Shown here: one piece after another, positions 29,128 through 38,128 of the stretch
Layout: each line of letters starts with the position of its first letter
Position numbering within the stretch: the first letter of the stretch is position 1
NCBI GenBank assembly: GCA_028284865.1
Contig: JANQQV010000020.1
Location: forward strand, 368,760 to 432,759
Reading direction: 5' to 3'
Length of the DNA stretch: 64,000 bases
Source: Rhodothermales bacterium
GTDB lineage: Bacteria > Bacteroidota > Rhodothermia > Rhodothermales > UBA10348
The notes under the pieces: model-generated
Databases searched by the model: none
Told to the model about the DNA's origin: nothing
Seen by the model: the letters and a program-made list of their open reading frames with translations, nothing else
Program-made: the position numbers and the translations under genes

Positions 29128-31368
29128 TTACTTCAGCAGCATCATGGTCCGCGTCTGGGTGAATTCACCTCCAGCCTGCAGACGATAGATGTACATACCG
29201 GAGGTCAGCTGCGACGCGTCAAACGTGACAGCGTGCGTGCCGGCCGGCATGGTACGTCCGTTGACCAGCGTGGCAACACGCTGTCCAAGCACATTGTAAA
29301 CGTCCAGGCGAACGTCCGAGGCGTTCGGGATGGAGAATTCAATGTTCGTGCTCGGGTTGAACGGGTTCGGGTAGTTCTGCTCAAGGGCGAACTCATATGG
29401 AAGAGCCGAATTGGCCTCTTCGATATCCGTAGCCGTCACAGCCGTACCAGCGATCGCGACAGGCTGCCAGGTCGACGGGTTGTTCCAAGCGCCCGGGCCG
29501 CCAAAGAGCGTCCAGTTGACCTGGGCTTCACGTCCACCACCAGCGTCCCGATCTCCCAGGGCGAGGTTGAATGGAATGACCTTGAGAGCGTCGCTTGCTG
29601 GGACAGCAAGTGGCTGGTCAGTCGTCGGATCCAATACGGATTCCAGCGGAATGGCGACGAGGAAACGATAGCCAGTGGCCGTTTTCTCAGCAGCTCCACC
29701 AGCACCCTGAACAGGACCGGATGCCGTCGAGCCCGTGGCACCAGCCGGATCAGCGTGAGACCAGATTCCGATACCCAGAACGTTGCCCGCTTCGTCAGCT
29801 TCCACCGCCATGCGGATCTGGAAGTCAGCGGTGTTTCCGCGGCCATACTGGCCATTCGGAGAGCGATTCAGCAAACCGCCACCGGGGACTTCGCGAACAT
29901 CGTAGTTACCGAAGAAGATTTCGAACGAGTCGAAATTCCAGGTGCCTGCGCCGTCGGCGTTGGCGCCAGGGAAACCAGCAACGTCATCTGTGACTTCTGC
30001 ATAGACATACAGGAATCCGAATTCGTCGATGGCCACTTTGGCCATGGCCGAGATATCGGCGGCCGCACCGTCACCAGTCGGTGCTGGAGCATCACCCGAT
30101 GTCCAGTGATCAGGGGTGATCATGAACGGCGCGTTGCCCGGGAATCCATCGTCGGAAATCGTGCCAGAGGCGACGTTATCGAAGATGGTCGTCGACTGCG
30201 CTTCCGTCAACACGCGAATGAACGGTGCTTCCGGGAGGTTCGGGTTGGCCACTTCACCTGAAGAACCGCCCACAAACGTGTTTTCAACGCCGAAGAGGCT
30301 CTTGGAGGTCACCGCGTAGTAGAACGGATCACCCGCCAGGGAAACGTGTGGCAGCTCAACCTGGTGGTCGATGGAAAACTCTGTGTCGTTGAACGATTTC
30401 GAGCCAATCAATGAGACGCTTCCAGCCAGAATATCCTGCGATGTAATCGGGCTCTCGGAGGCGTAAACGTTGTATCCACCAAAATCAGGATTTGGCGTCC
30501 AGCTGATCGTGTTGACATCGCCGTTGGCAGCAAATGACGCGCCACTCATGGCAATAGGGCCCTGTGTGGCCACCGACACGTCGGTGTTTGGACCACCGAT
30601 GTAAACGTCGTCGAGGTAGATCGGGCCGCCACCGGTGTTGTTGTCAAAGAAGACCGTCAGGCTGTAGACACCGTCCCACTGGAATTCTTCGAAACAGGCG
30701 TCACCGTTGCACTCGCCTGGGCCCCAAACGCCGAATCCACCAACGGACCAGGCACCGCCGTATGTCCACTGGGCTGCGTTGTCATCCAGCGGAGTCGCGA
30801 GGGCATTACCGTTGATGTCCTTGCCGACTTTGGCAGAGTCGAGTCCAGCGACAGTCGTCGGCGGCAGCGGAATGGCCAGATCGTGCCACTGTCCGTTGCG
30901 CATGGCTTCTGGAATGGTCCAATTGAGACGGGACTGGAGATCAGCCGTGCCATCGTTGGCCGGGCTGTCATCCGTTTTGTCGAACATGGTGATCCAGACA
31001 CCTGGCTGACCCGCATTGGCAGGGTCAACGAGAAGCTTCATGTAGAGCGTGTCTCCTTCCCCAGCACTCATGCCCACGTTCTGGGACATGTCAATGCCTT
31101 CCGACTTCGAGAACCGGTAGCCGTTCTCCGACCAGTTACCGTAGTCGTACTTGTGGACACGGTTGCCAGAAGTCGGATCCAGGGGATCAAGGACGATGGG
31201 AGCCGAGGCTTCAGGAATGAGGACGTTAGGTCCGTCGAAGAAGAAAATGAAATCGTCGCCGAGCTCAGTCATGCCGCTCTGGGCTGATGCCGGGACCGCA
31301 ATCATAGCGGTCAGGAGAAGCATCATGAACGGCAGCACAGCGACGCGCGTGGTAGCACTCGTGTTCAT
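29128..31368 (-). CDS. T9SS type A-sorted protein with CBM9-like sugar-binding domain(s)
   Basis: Signal peptide; FLYVYAEVTDD...DSFEIFF...GYRFLVAIPL...FNLALGDRD...AWNNPSTW (CBM9-like); canonical CTD FALEQNYPNPFNPST...YNVLGQRVATL...SGMYIYRL...MMLLK. Confidence 0.8.
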   Translation of the reverse strand: MNTSATTRVAVLPFMMLLLTAMIAVPASAQSGMTELGDDFIFFFDGPNVLIPEASAPIVLDPLDPTSGNRVHKYDYGNWSENGYRFSKSEGIDMSQNVGMSAGEGDTLYMKLLVDPANAGQPGVWITMFDKTDDSPANDGTADLQSRLNWTIPEAMRNGQWHDLAIPLPPTTVAGLDSAKVGKDINGNALATPLDDNAAQWTYGGAWSVGGFGVWGPGECNGDACFEEFQWDGVYSLTVFFDNNTGGGPIYLDDVYIGGPNTDVSVATQGPIAMSGASFAANGDVNTISWTPNPDFGGYNVYASESPITSQDILAGSVSLIGSKSFNDTEFSIDHQVELPHVSLAGDPFYYAVTSKSLFGVENTFVGGSSGEVANPNLPEAPFIRVLTEAQSTTIFDNVASGTISDDGFPGNAPFMITPDHWTSGDAPAPTGDGAAADISAMAKVAIDEFGFLYVYAEVTDDVAGFPGANADGAGTWNFDSFEIFFGNYDVREVPGGGLLNRSPNGQYGRGNTADFQIRMAVEADEAGNVLGIGIWSHADPAGATGSTASGPVQGAGGAAEKTATGYRFLVAIPLESVLDPTTDQPLAVPASDALKVIPFNLALGDRDAGGGREAQVNWTLFGGPGAWNNPSTWQPVAIAGTAVTATDIEEANSALPYEFALEQNYPNPFNPSTNIEFSIPNASDVRLDVYNVLGQRVATLVNGRTMPAGTHAVTFDASQLTSGMYIYRLQAGGEFTQTRTMMLLK

Positions 31369-31428
31369 TGCATTGCTTGATGGTTAGTTGTGGAGTACGG
31401 GTCCGGCAGGGGTTCAACCGGCCCCTCC

Positions 31429-31442
31429 TGAAAACCTTTTCA
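31429..31442. promoter_or_regulatory. LacI-family operator (copy 1)
   Basis: Near-palindrome TGAAAACCTTTTCA about 60 bp upstream of the CBM protein start. Confidence 0.75.
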
Positions 31443-31471
31443 CGATGAAGGTATTAACGCCCTCTCATAAA

Positions 31472-31485
31472 TGAAAACGTTTTCA
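31472..31485. promoter_or_regulatory. LacI-family operator (copy 2)
   Basis: Perfect palindrome TGAAAACGTTTTCA with central CG typical of LacI/GalR/CcpA sites, 43 bp from copy 1. Confidence 0.8.
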
Positions 31486-31519
31486 GGCCATTTTCAGTTT
31501 TCAGATCGTCAGATTTTCG

Positions 31520-33397
31520 TCAGCGCAACGGGACGCCGTCGCCAACCCGGATTACGGGCCGGGAAATGGTCCCTGTATCTGTTTGTACTACAAGGAAATA
31601 CATGCCCGGTGAAAGTCTGGTTGGCAAGTCCAGTCGGATGGTATCACCCTCGCGTCCGAGGGAATCGAATTCACGATTCATGACCTCCCTTCCCATGACA
31701 TCAACGAGTCTCACCGTCGCCGGATGATAGGCTTCACTTCCCAGTTCTACTAGCAGTCGATCGGTGAACGGATTTGGGTAGACTGAACGCATCAGATTGA
31801 CGCGTTCCGGATGCGTCTCCGTGGAGGTCGATGTTCCCAGTTGGAGCTCATATCGATTGATGTACACCCCGAAGCTCCTGTACCCGATTCGCAACGTCCG
31901 GATACCCTCTTCCAACCAAACACCGTCCAGGACTGCGTTCCGGAAGAATGTTGTCGAATTGGTAGACGAGTAGGCCAACTCCTCTCCCCAATCCTGTCCA
32001 TCGATGGCCAGGGTAAGCGAGCCATCCCGGGTCGCCGCCAGGCGTGCGATGAGGCGATAGGTTCCGCTCTCCGTCACGTTCACGGTGTATTCCGTCCACT
32101 CACGCAGGGTCACATTTTCCACGTTGTATCCCCCGCCGATATCGGCAGAGACGCCTATGTCCACTCCCTCATCTGCTCGTAGCGCTCCGACCGTATTCAA
32201 TGGGGTCAGTTCGAGGTAGGCTACACCGGGACCACCAAGATCATAGTATTCCGCTTCAAATTGACCGGGGATATCCGGCGCTTCCATCAGATAGGGAGCC
32301 TGACCACATGTATCTCCGACCTGGATATGAAGGGTGTCCGATTGTGCGGTCCATCCATCCTCGTCCAATGCATCAGCGCGGAGTTCATAGCAACCTGGAT
32401 GCACGTTTTCGAGCGACAGGTCGATGGAAGGACCACTTCCCATGGCAAGCAGACCGTCACCCTGATACAAAGCCAGAGAAGCGATTTCGGATACCGGATC
32501 GGTGGCTGTTGCCGTCAGGCTTACTGATTCACCGACATCATATTGCGTCTGCTCTCCTGCTGAAGCCACCGAGACAGACGGAGGGCCATGGGCGTCGGCA
32601 TAAACCCGTACGTAGTCAACCTCGAAGCTCGTTGGAAAGTCATTCGGCTCAACGCCTTGAGCACCACCCCACGTTCCACCGACCGCCAGGTTCAGGATCA
32701 AGTGAAACGGTTTGTCGAATGGCCAGCGGGTCCAGTTCGAAAGCCCTCGTTCGTACACCAGATTGACGTTGCCATCAACGTAGGTCGTAATACGCGTGGG
32801 CGTCCATTCCAGCGCGTAGACATGAAAGTCGGAGCGCGAGGTCGCGTTCATGAAAGTTGACGCCGGGTTATTGTTCAGCTGGTGATTGAGTGCATTCATG
32901 TGAACGGCCGAATGGGTCCGGTCCGGCTCATGGCCGACTCCTTCCATGATGTCAATCTCGCCGTTGTCCGGCCACCCTCCGTCTCCGTAGTTACTCTCGG
33001 ATGGCATCATCCAGATGGCTGGCCAGGTACCCAATCCTTCCGGAAGGCGTGCTCGCACCTCAAAACGACCGTACAACCAATCTCCTTTGCCCAATGTCCT
33101 CAGCCGGGCCGAGGTGTAGGGTGCTCCTGCAAATGATTCAGGGCGCGCCTCAATGATGAGCACACCATTCTCGATACGAGCATTCTCGGGGCGAGCGTCG
33201 GTGTAGTATTGGAGTTCTTGATTCCCCCATCCCCCACCACCAACTTGATAGGACCATTTGGTCTCATCGGGTTGGGTACCGGAGTCGAATTCATCACTCC
33301 AGACCAATTGCCAGTCCTGGGCGTGCGCGGACATACCAAGCAGCACGCATGTCAGACCCGCAATCAACCTTTTCACTCTGTTCGACCTCGTCATCAC
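31520..33397 (-). CDS. GH16 endo-beta-1,3(4)-glucanase (laminarinase-like) + Ig-like + CBM6-like + T9SS CTD
   Basis: WQLVWSDEF, WGNQELQYY, GTWPAIWMM, catalytic EIDIME, WPFDKPFHLILNLAVGG; IPGQFEAEYYD...EWTEYTVNV (CBM6-like); CTD VYPNPF...DVMGREV...GMYFLVV. Confidence 0.92.
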   Translation of the reverse strand: MMTRSNRVKRLIAGLTCVLLGMSAHAQDWQLVWSDEFDSGTQPDETKWSYQVGGGGWGNQELQYYTDARPENARIENGVLIIEARPESFAGAPYTSARLRTLGKGDWLYGRFEVRARLPEGLGTWPAIWMMPSESNYGDGGWPDNGEIDIMEGVGHEPDRTHSAVHMNALNHQLNNNPASTFMNATSRSDFHVYALEWTPTRITTYVDGNVNLVYERGLSNWTRWPFDKPFHLILNLAVGGTWGGAQGVEPNDFPTSFEVDYVRVYADAHGPPSVSVASAGEQTQYDVGESVSLTATATDPVSEIASLALYQGDGLLAMGSGPSIDLSLENVHPGCYELRADALDEDGWTAQSDTLHIQVGDTCGQAPYLMEAPDIPGQFEAEYYDLGGPGVAYLELTPLNTVGALRADEGVDIGVSADIGGGYNVENVTLREWTEYTVNVTESGTYRLIARLAATRDGSLTLAIDGQDWGEELAYSSTNSTTFFRNAVLDGVWLEEGIRTLRIGYRSFGVYINRYELQLGTSTSTETHPERVNLMRSVYPNPFTDRLLVELGSEAYHPATVRLVDVMGREVMNREFDSLGREGDTIRLDLPTRLSPGMYFLVVQTDTGTISRPVIRVGDGVPLR

Positions 33398-33466
33398 TCC
33401 TACCCTCCTGGGGCGCTTCTACAGTGAATGGTGTTCTGTCAGTCCCGATCGATCATCTGGCGACAC

Positions 33467-34465
33467 TCAGGAGGACGCACGGATGCGAAGCTCCACCGGC
33501 AGTTCGCTGGCATAGCTTTGCAGAACGTCGTCGCTTTCATTGGCGATGACCGCTTCAAGAAGCTTGACCGATCGCCGTCCCAGCTCCCGAATCGGAACGT
33601 GAACAGTGGTTAACGGCGGGAACGTGAATGCCGAACTGGGAATGTTGTCAAACCCGGTCAGCGATACATCTTCTGGAATCCTCAGCCCGGCGTCGCGAAT
33701 CGCACTCAAAGCGCCGACAGCCGCATCATCATTCGATGTCATGATGGCCGAAGGCGGCTCAGGCAAACCCAATAGGTATTTGGTGCCATCGTACCCGGCC
33801 TGCTGGGTGAACTCACCCTCGAAAATCAAGTCCTCATTGACAGGAATGCCTGAGACACGCAGTGCTTCCAGGAACCCTCTGAACCGTTCCTGAGCGTCAT
33901 AAGCATCGCGCGGACCCGTTATGAATCCGATTTTGGAATGTCCCGAAGCGATCAGATGTTCAGCCATCTGTCGCATTCCGCCAAAATTGTCGAATGAAAT
34001 GGTCGGCACTCTCTTACCCTCGGACCGGGTGTTGAGGAATACCAATGGGATCCCGCTGGGCGCGCGGTCCAGTACGGATTCCACGGTGAGCACGGGAGCC
34101 ATGACCAGAATGCCGTCCACTCTACGGTACATTCCTTTCAAAGCAGCTTCCAATTCGTCAGACGAGTTGTGCGAGGACGAAATCAAAAGCATCCGGCCGT
34201 CCTCTTGAGCTGCGCTGTCTATGCCATTCAGCAATTCGGCATAGAAGTCTCCGGATACATAGGGCAGTAGAATACCGATGGCCCCTGTTTGCCTGGAGTG
34301 CAAACTCTGTGCAGCCGGGTTGGGCGTGTACCCCAGCTCTGCCGCCGCCTCCAGCACACGTTCACGTTTGTCCGCGCGAACGTTGCAGGTGTCGTTGAGT
34401 ACACGGGAAACCGTCGAAATCGATACCTTTGCTCGCTCTGCTACGTCCCGTATCGTTGCTCCCAT
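33467..34465 (-). CDS. LacI-family transcriptional regulator
   Basis: TIRDVAERAKVSISTVSRVLN HTH, YTPNPAAQSL hinge and IPEDVSLTGFDN...PPLTTV. Confidence 0.96.
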   Translation of the reverse strand: MGATIRDVAERAKVSISTVSRVLNDTCNVRADKRERVLEAAAELGYTPNPAAQSLHSRQTGAIGILLPYVSGDFYAELLNGIDSAAQEDGRMLLISSSHNSSDELEAALKGMYRRVDGILVMAPVLTVESVLDRAPSGIPLVFLNTRSEGKRVPTISFDNFGGMRQMAEHLIASGHSKIGFITGPRDAYDAQERFRGFLEALRVSGIPVNEDLIFEGEFTQQAGYDGTKYLLGLPEPPSAIMTSNDDAAVGALSAIRDAGLRIPEDVSLTGFDNIPSSAFTFPPLTTVHVPIRELGRRSVKLLEAVIANESDDVLQSYASELPVELRIRASS

Positions 34466-34504
34466 CGTACCTCGTCATTGAGGCGGTTTCGCAACCGCAT
34501 CATG

Positions 34505-34528
34505 CATTCTGAAAACCTTTTCAGAATG
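34505..34528. promoter_or_regulatory. LacI-family operator (copy 3) in the lacI / SGNH divergent intergenic region
   Basis: Extended palindrome CATTCTGAAAA-CC-TTTTCAGAATG, overlapping a plus-strand TTCTGA-N17-TACACT promoter candidate (34507-34535). Confidence 0.8.
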
Positions 34529-34556
34529 ATACACTCTTGGCATTTTGAACGCAAGC

Positions 34557-36356
34557 ATGCCCAAATCGTCCAAAGAACGGGTTTTCACCGTTCTGCTTGT
34601 TCTCATCCCCGTCTTTCTGCTTCTTGCTCTGGAGATGGGTCTTCGGCTGTCCGGTTTCGCCGAATCGCGACGTAGTGCGCTCAAGCCGATCGATGGTGAA
34701 CCGGGATGGGTCGGGCTCAACCCAGAATATCCGGGCCGGTATTTCAGAGGCTTTCTTCCGGCAGTGGCTTTCACTCCATTTCGCGAAGTCAAGCCGGACA
34801 ACAGTGTTCGCGTGGTAGTCCTCGGTGGGTCTTCGACTGCCGGATTCCCTTATCAATGGTACCAAGGCTTCCCTTCGGGCTTGGAACGACGATTGACGGA
34901 CCAGTATGCAGGCCGCCCGGTCGAGGTCATCAATCTGGGGATGACGGCTGTCAACAGTTACACACTCTGGGACCTGGGGCGTCATGTTATCGACATGGAC
35001 CCCGACCTGGTCGTCATCTACGCTGGCCACAACGAATTCTATGGCGCATACGGTGCGGGCACCACGGCAGCGTGGTATCCGAAGTCCGCGTGGTTTGGAC
35101 GCATGTTGCTGACGCTGAAACGGTCGGCCATCGTCATGGGTATCGAGCGCATCCTCTTCGGGCCGCCTGACTATGGCCTGGACGCAGATCCGAACGAGCG
35201 CACTTTGATGGCCCGCGTGGTGCAGGACGCGGGAATCGTACTCGATGAGGATGTCTATTCCGCGGGAATCGCCCAGTTCGAATCCAACATGGAGCGGGTC
35301 CTGTCTTCCTATCAGGAAAACGGCATTCCGGTTGTGGTCGGCACTCTCGTCGCCAACCTCTCCGAACAGCATCCGCTCTCGCAGACAGTCGACGCTGTAG
35401 AGGCATTCGAAGCAGGCCGCCAGGCTCTTCAGGATGGGGACGTGGAAGAGGCACGAATTCGATTCATCGAGGCGCGGGACCTGGATCAGATACGATTTCG
35501 AGCCTCAACCGATATCAACGACATCATTCGGTCCTGGTCTGGTCGAGACGGCGTTTCGGTTGTAGACCTTGAGCCTGCATTTGAGGAGGCATCCACAACA
35601 GGAATCCCTGGATACGATTTGTTCACGGATCACCTCCACCCCACCGCGCGCGGATATGATTTGATTGCGGAGGAGCTTACTCCATCGGCGGTTGCGGCTC
35701 TCGAACAACGAGGGATTCGCCCCCGACCGCTGAATCTGGAATGGGACTCGACCATTCTGTTGGACGGCCTGTCGGAATCGGAGGCGGGGATTCTGATCGA
35801 CCGCCTCCTGTCAGACTATCCGTTCAATCTGGACGACGAACCGGGGGCGGCCACATCCAGATACCAGGAACTGATGGACGCTCGGCGTCAGTCCGGCAGC
35901 ATCTCAGATTCCCTTGCCATCAGTGTGATGACAACGGATATGCCCACACAAAACGCCCTTCTGGAGGGTGCGCGTCTGTACGAGTCCTCAGGCGACTCCC
36001 TGCAAGCCCTGCAATACTACCATTCGCTCTTCTATTGGCAGCCCTTCAATGCCACCTTGATGGAAGAGGTCATCGGGAGATACCTGACGGCTCCTACATG
36101 GGATGCCGTAACGGAAAAGCTGGCTTTGTACGGCGCCGCCCGATCAGATCAGCTGTACTTCTGGAACGCACTCGCGGTAACGCAGATACGCCAGGAGCGT
36201 TGGGAGTCAGCAGCCGTCGCCCTTCAACAGGCTGAGCGTCTTGATGACCGGTCGCCGGTCATGCTATACAACCGTGCTCGCCTGGAATTGGCCCAGGGCG
36301 ATACGCTCGCCGCACGCTCCACGTTGGAAGCTTACCGCTCTGCCACGCAGAACTAA
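34557..36356 (+). CDS. Membrane-anchored SGNH/GDSL hydrolase-fold protein with TPR repeats
   Basis: N-terminal TM helix; block I LGGSSTAG, block II VINLG, block III YAGHNE, block V DHLHP; TPR-like helices internally and at the C-terminus. Confidence 0.8.
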   Translation: MPKSSKERVFTVLLVLIPVFLLLALEMGLRLSGFAESRRSALKPIDGEPGWVGLNPEYPGRYFRGFLPAVAFTPFREVKPDNSVRVVVLGGSSTAGFPYQWYQGFPSGLERRLTDQYAGRPVEVINLGMTAVNSYTLWDLGRHVIDMDPDLVVIYAGHNEFYGAYGAGTTAAWYPKSAWFGRMLLTLKRSAIVMGIERILFGPPDYGLDADPNERTLMARVVQDAGIVLDEDVYSAGIAQFESNMERVLSSYQENGIPVVVGTLVANLSEQHPLSQTVDAVEAFEAGRQALQDGDVEEARIRFIEARDLDQIRFRASTDINDIIRSWSGRDGVSVVDLEPAFEEASTTGIPGYDLFTDHLHPTARGYDLIAEELTPSAVAALEQRGIRPRPLNLEWDSTILLDGLSESEAGILIDRLLSDYPFNLDDEPGAATSRYQELMDARRQSGSISDSLAISVMTTDMPTQNALLEGARLYESSGDSLQALQYYHSLFYWQPFNATLMEEVIGRYLTAPTWDAVTEKLALYGAARSDQLYFWNALAVTQIRQERWESAAVALQQAERLDDRSPVMLYNRARLELAQGDTLAARSTLEAYRSATQN

Positions 36357-36360
36357 CGGG

Positions 36361-36789
36361 CTATTCGCCAGAAGCTTGAGCCTTCTTGGCAGCCAGCCAC
36401 GCATCAACCGAGTACTTGCCCGGGCCCGTGAACACAAAGGCCAGCAACACCATCATGTTCTTGAAGGAGTGGCCTGGGTTGCCATTGCCCGATACGACAT
36501 GGCCGATCCAGGCAACGAGCATGGTGAACGCCAGCAGAAGCGACATCGGCATGAACAGGATGCCGAAGAGGATCAGCAGTGCACCAATCGACTCGGTGAA
36601 GGCGGCCATGAATCCCCAGAAAGTGGGCCAGAATTCGATTCCGAAGCGAGCCATCGCTCCTCCGAGACCTTCCCAGCGTTCTGGGCCACCAACCAGCTTG
36701 TCCCAGCCGTGGTAATAGATGAATCCAGCGCCGATACCGATGCGCGCGATGAGAAGTCCAAGGTCTAGGTGCTTGTAAATCGCTTTCAT
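36361..36789 (-). CDS. DoxX-family membrane protein
   Basis: DLGLLIARIGIG...HGWDKL...AAFTESIGALLILFG...GPGKYSVD. Confidence 0.9.
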   Translation of the reverse strand: MKAIYKHLDLGLLIARIGIGAGFIYYHGWDKLVGGPERWEGLGGAMARFGIEFWPTFWGFMAAFTESIGALLILFGILFMPMSLLLAFTMLVAWIGHVVSGNGNPGHSFKNMMVLLAFVFTGPGKYSVDAWLAAKKAQASGE

Positions 36790-36877
36790 GACGGGGAGAG
36801 AAAGTGGGGAAGTTTGAAATGTGTACCGATGGACCTGCTGGTGTTACGGCTTTTCCAACGGACATCCTTTCGGTTGG

Positions 36878-37756
36878 TCAAAACGCTGTGGGATACGCTG
36901 CCTGAATCATGGGTCCATCGGTCAATAGCCACTTGGACCGTGCTGAACTCTCAAGGAGAAGTCTGATGTCTTCTTCCTTTCCATTGACCAGAACGCTTCG
37001 AGCTACCAATCGGACACCGTGGCTATAGTCCACCCATCGATCGGTATGCCCTGTGTAGAGCGGCTGAATCGGACTTCCGTCCACTTGATGCCAGCCGTAG
37101 ATGGCAACGCGTCCCTCCAGATCATTCAGTCTGCCAGTCAACACGATGTCTTTCTTGTGCCCCGCAACCCAGGACCCGGACTCGATTCCCAAAGAGTCCC
37201 GCTGAGCCAGCAGCATGCCTGTATGCTGTGCGAAAACCGGTAAAGTGGTCATGGCATCACTCGGAGGAATCGGACGAGGTGCTACTTTTCGATCAGCCAT
37301 TGAGTGAATGAGATCCACCAACAACGCTGTCGGTAGAGTCATGTCCGTAGCGTCGGCAATGCGCTGGGCCGCCTGAGGAGACATCGGCATGAACAGGAAG
37401 TCGTCATCAGAACCAACGGCCAGATAGTCCGGCAAAACCCTGAATTCGAGCGATATCCAGTCTCCGCCATCCGGTCGCTCCGTCGTCAGACTTGATAAGC
37501 TCCGCAACCAGGACGGCACGTTTCCAGCCAGGATCTCAGCCACAACCTGCTCGTCGCGCGACTCGAGTGGTAGTGCGCTCCATCGTTCGATCAATTCACT
37601 CGCAGACCGGGCATCCGGGCTTCGAGCCGGTATCTCCCACACGGCGGGAATCGCGTCGGCGGAACTGTCACATCCCGACCACAGGAAGACGAGAAGTACA
37701 CCGCAAAACCCGCACGTGAGCATCCGTAATCGATATGCGTGGATACCATCGATCAT
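36878..37756 (-). CDS. Conserved hypothetical lipoprotein (putative enzyme; GHKKD / AIYGWH / DYSHG motifs)
   Basis: Lipobox-like WSGC; PDYLAVGSDDDF, AGHKKDIV, VAIYGWH, IQPL and DYSHGVRLV; ATGA overlap with the upstream VOC gene. Confidence 0.65.
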   Translation of the reverse strand: MIDGIHAYRLRMLTCGFCGVLLVFLWSGCDSSADAIPAVWEIPARSPDARSASELIERWSALPLESRDEQVVAEILAGNVPSWLRSLSSLTTERPDGGDWISLEFRVLPDYLAVGSDDDFLFMPMSPQAAQRIADATDMTLPTALLVDLIHSMADRKVAPRPIPPSDAMTTLPVFAQHTGMLLAQRDSLGIESGSWVAGHKKDIVLTGRLNDLEGRVAIYGWHQVDGSPIQPLYTGHTDRWVDYSHGVRLVARSVLVNGKEEDIRLLLESSARSKWLLTDGPMIQAAYPTAF

Positions 37757-38124
37757 ACATGTTGATCGATGAGAATCGCGTTTCCATCGGGATCCAGCAA
37801 TGTGAAACTTCCCGGCCCTTCGCTCGACTCGTCGACTTCAGTCGTAAGCTCCACCCCCCGTCGCTTGAGCTCGCTCTGTAGCGATCGAACGTCCGTAAAG
37901 CCTTCCAACGGCTGATTCTTGGCATCCCAGCCTGGATTGAAGGTCAGCACATTGCCTTCAAACATCCCCTGGAACAGACCGATCGTGTGGGATCCGTTTC
38001 GAAGGATCAACCAGTTCTGCTCTTGCACGCCACCAATCACCTCGAATCCAAGGTTCTCGTAAAACGAACGTGACTTCCCGATATCCTTGACGGACAAGCT
38101 GACGGAGAAAGCGCCCAGGTCCAT
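37753..38124 (-). CDS. VOC/glyoxalase-family protein
   Basis: SLSVKDIGKSRSFYENLGF...DPDGNAILIDQH. Confidence 0.88.
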   Translation of the reverse strand: MDLGAFSVSLSVKDIGKSRSFYENLGFEVIGGVQEQNWLILRNGSHTIGLFQGMFEGNVLTFNPGWDAKNQPLEGFTDVRSLQSELKRRGVELTTEVDESSEGPGSFTLLDPDGNAILIDQHV

Positions 38125-38128
38125 TATT

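Noticed and set aside
29122-30261. 379-aa plus-strand ORF antisense to the CBM protein (likewise 59012-60109, 34521-35372, 46780-47625, 18791-19621)
   Set aside because: These are shadow ORFs expected from GC-rich codon bias, with no motifs and Arg/His-rich non-protein-like composition.
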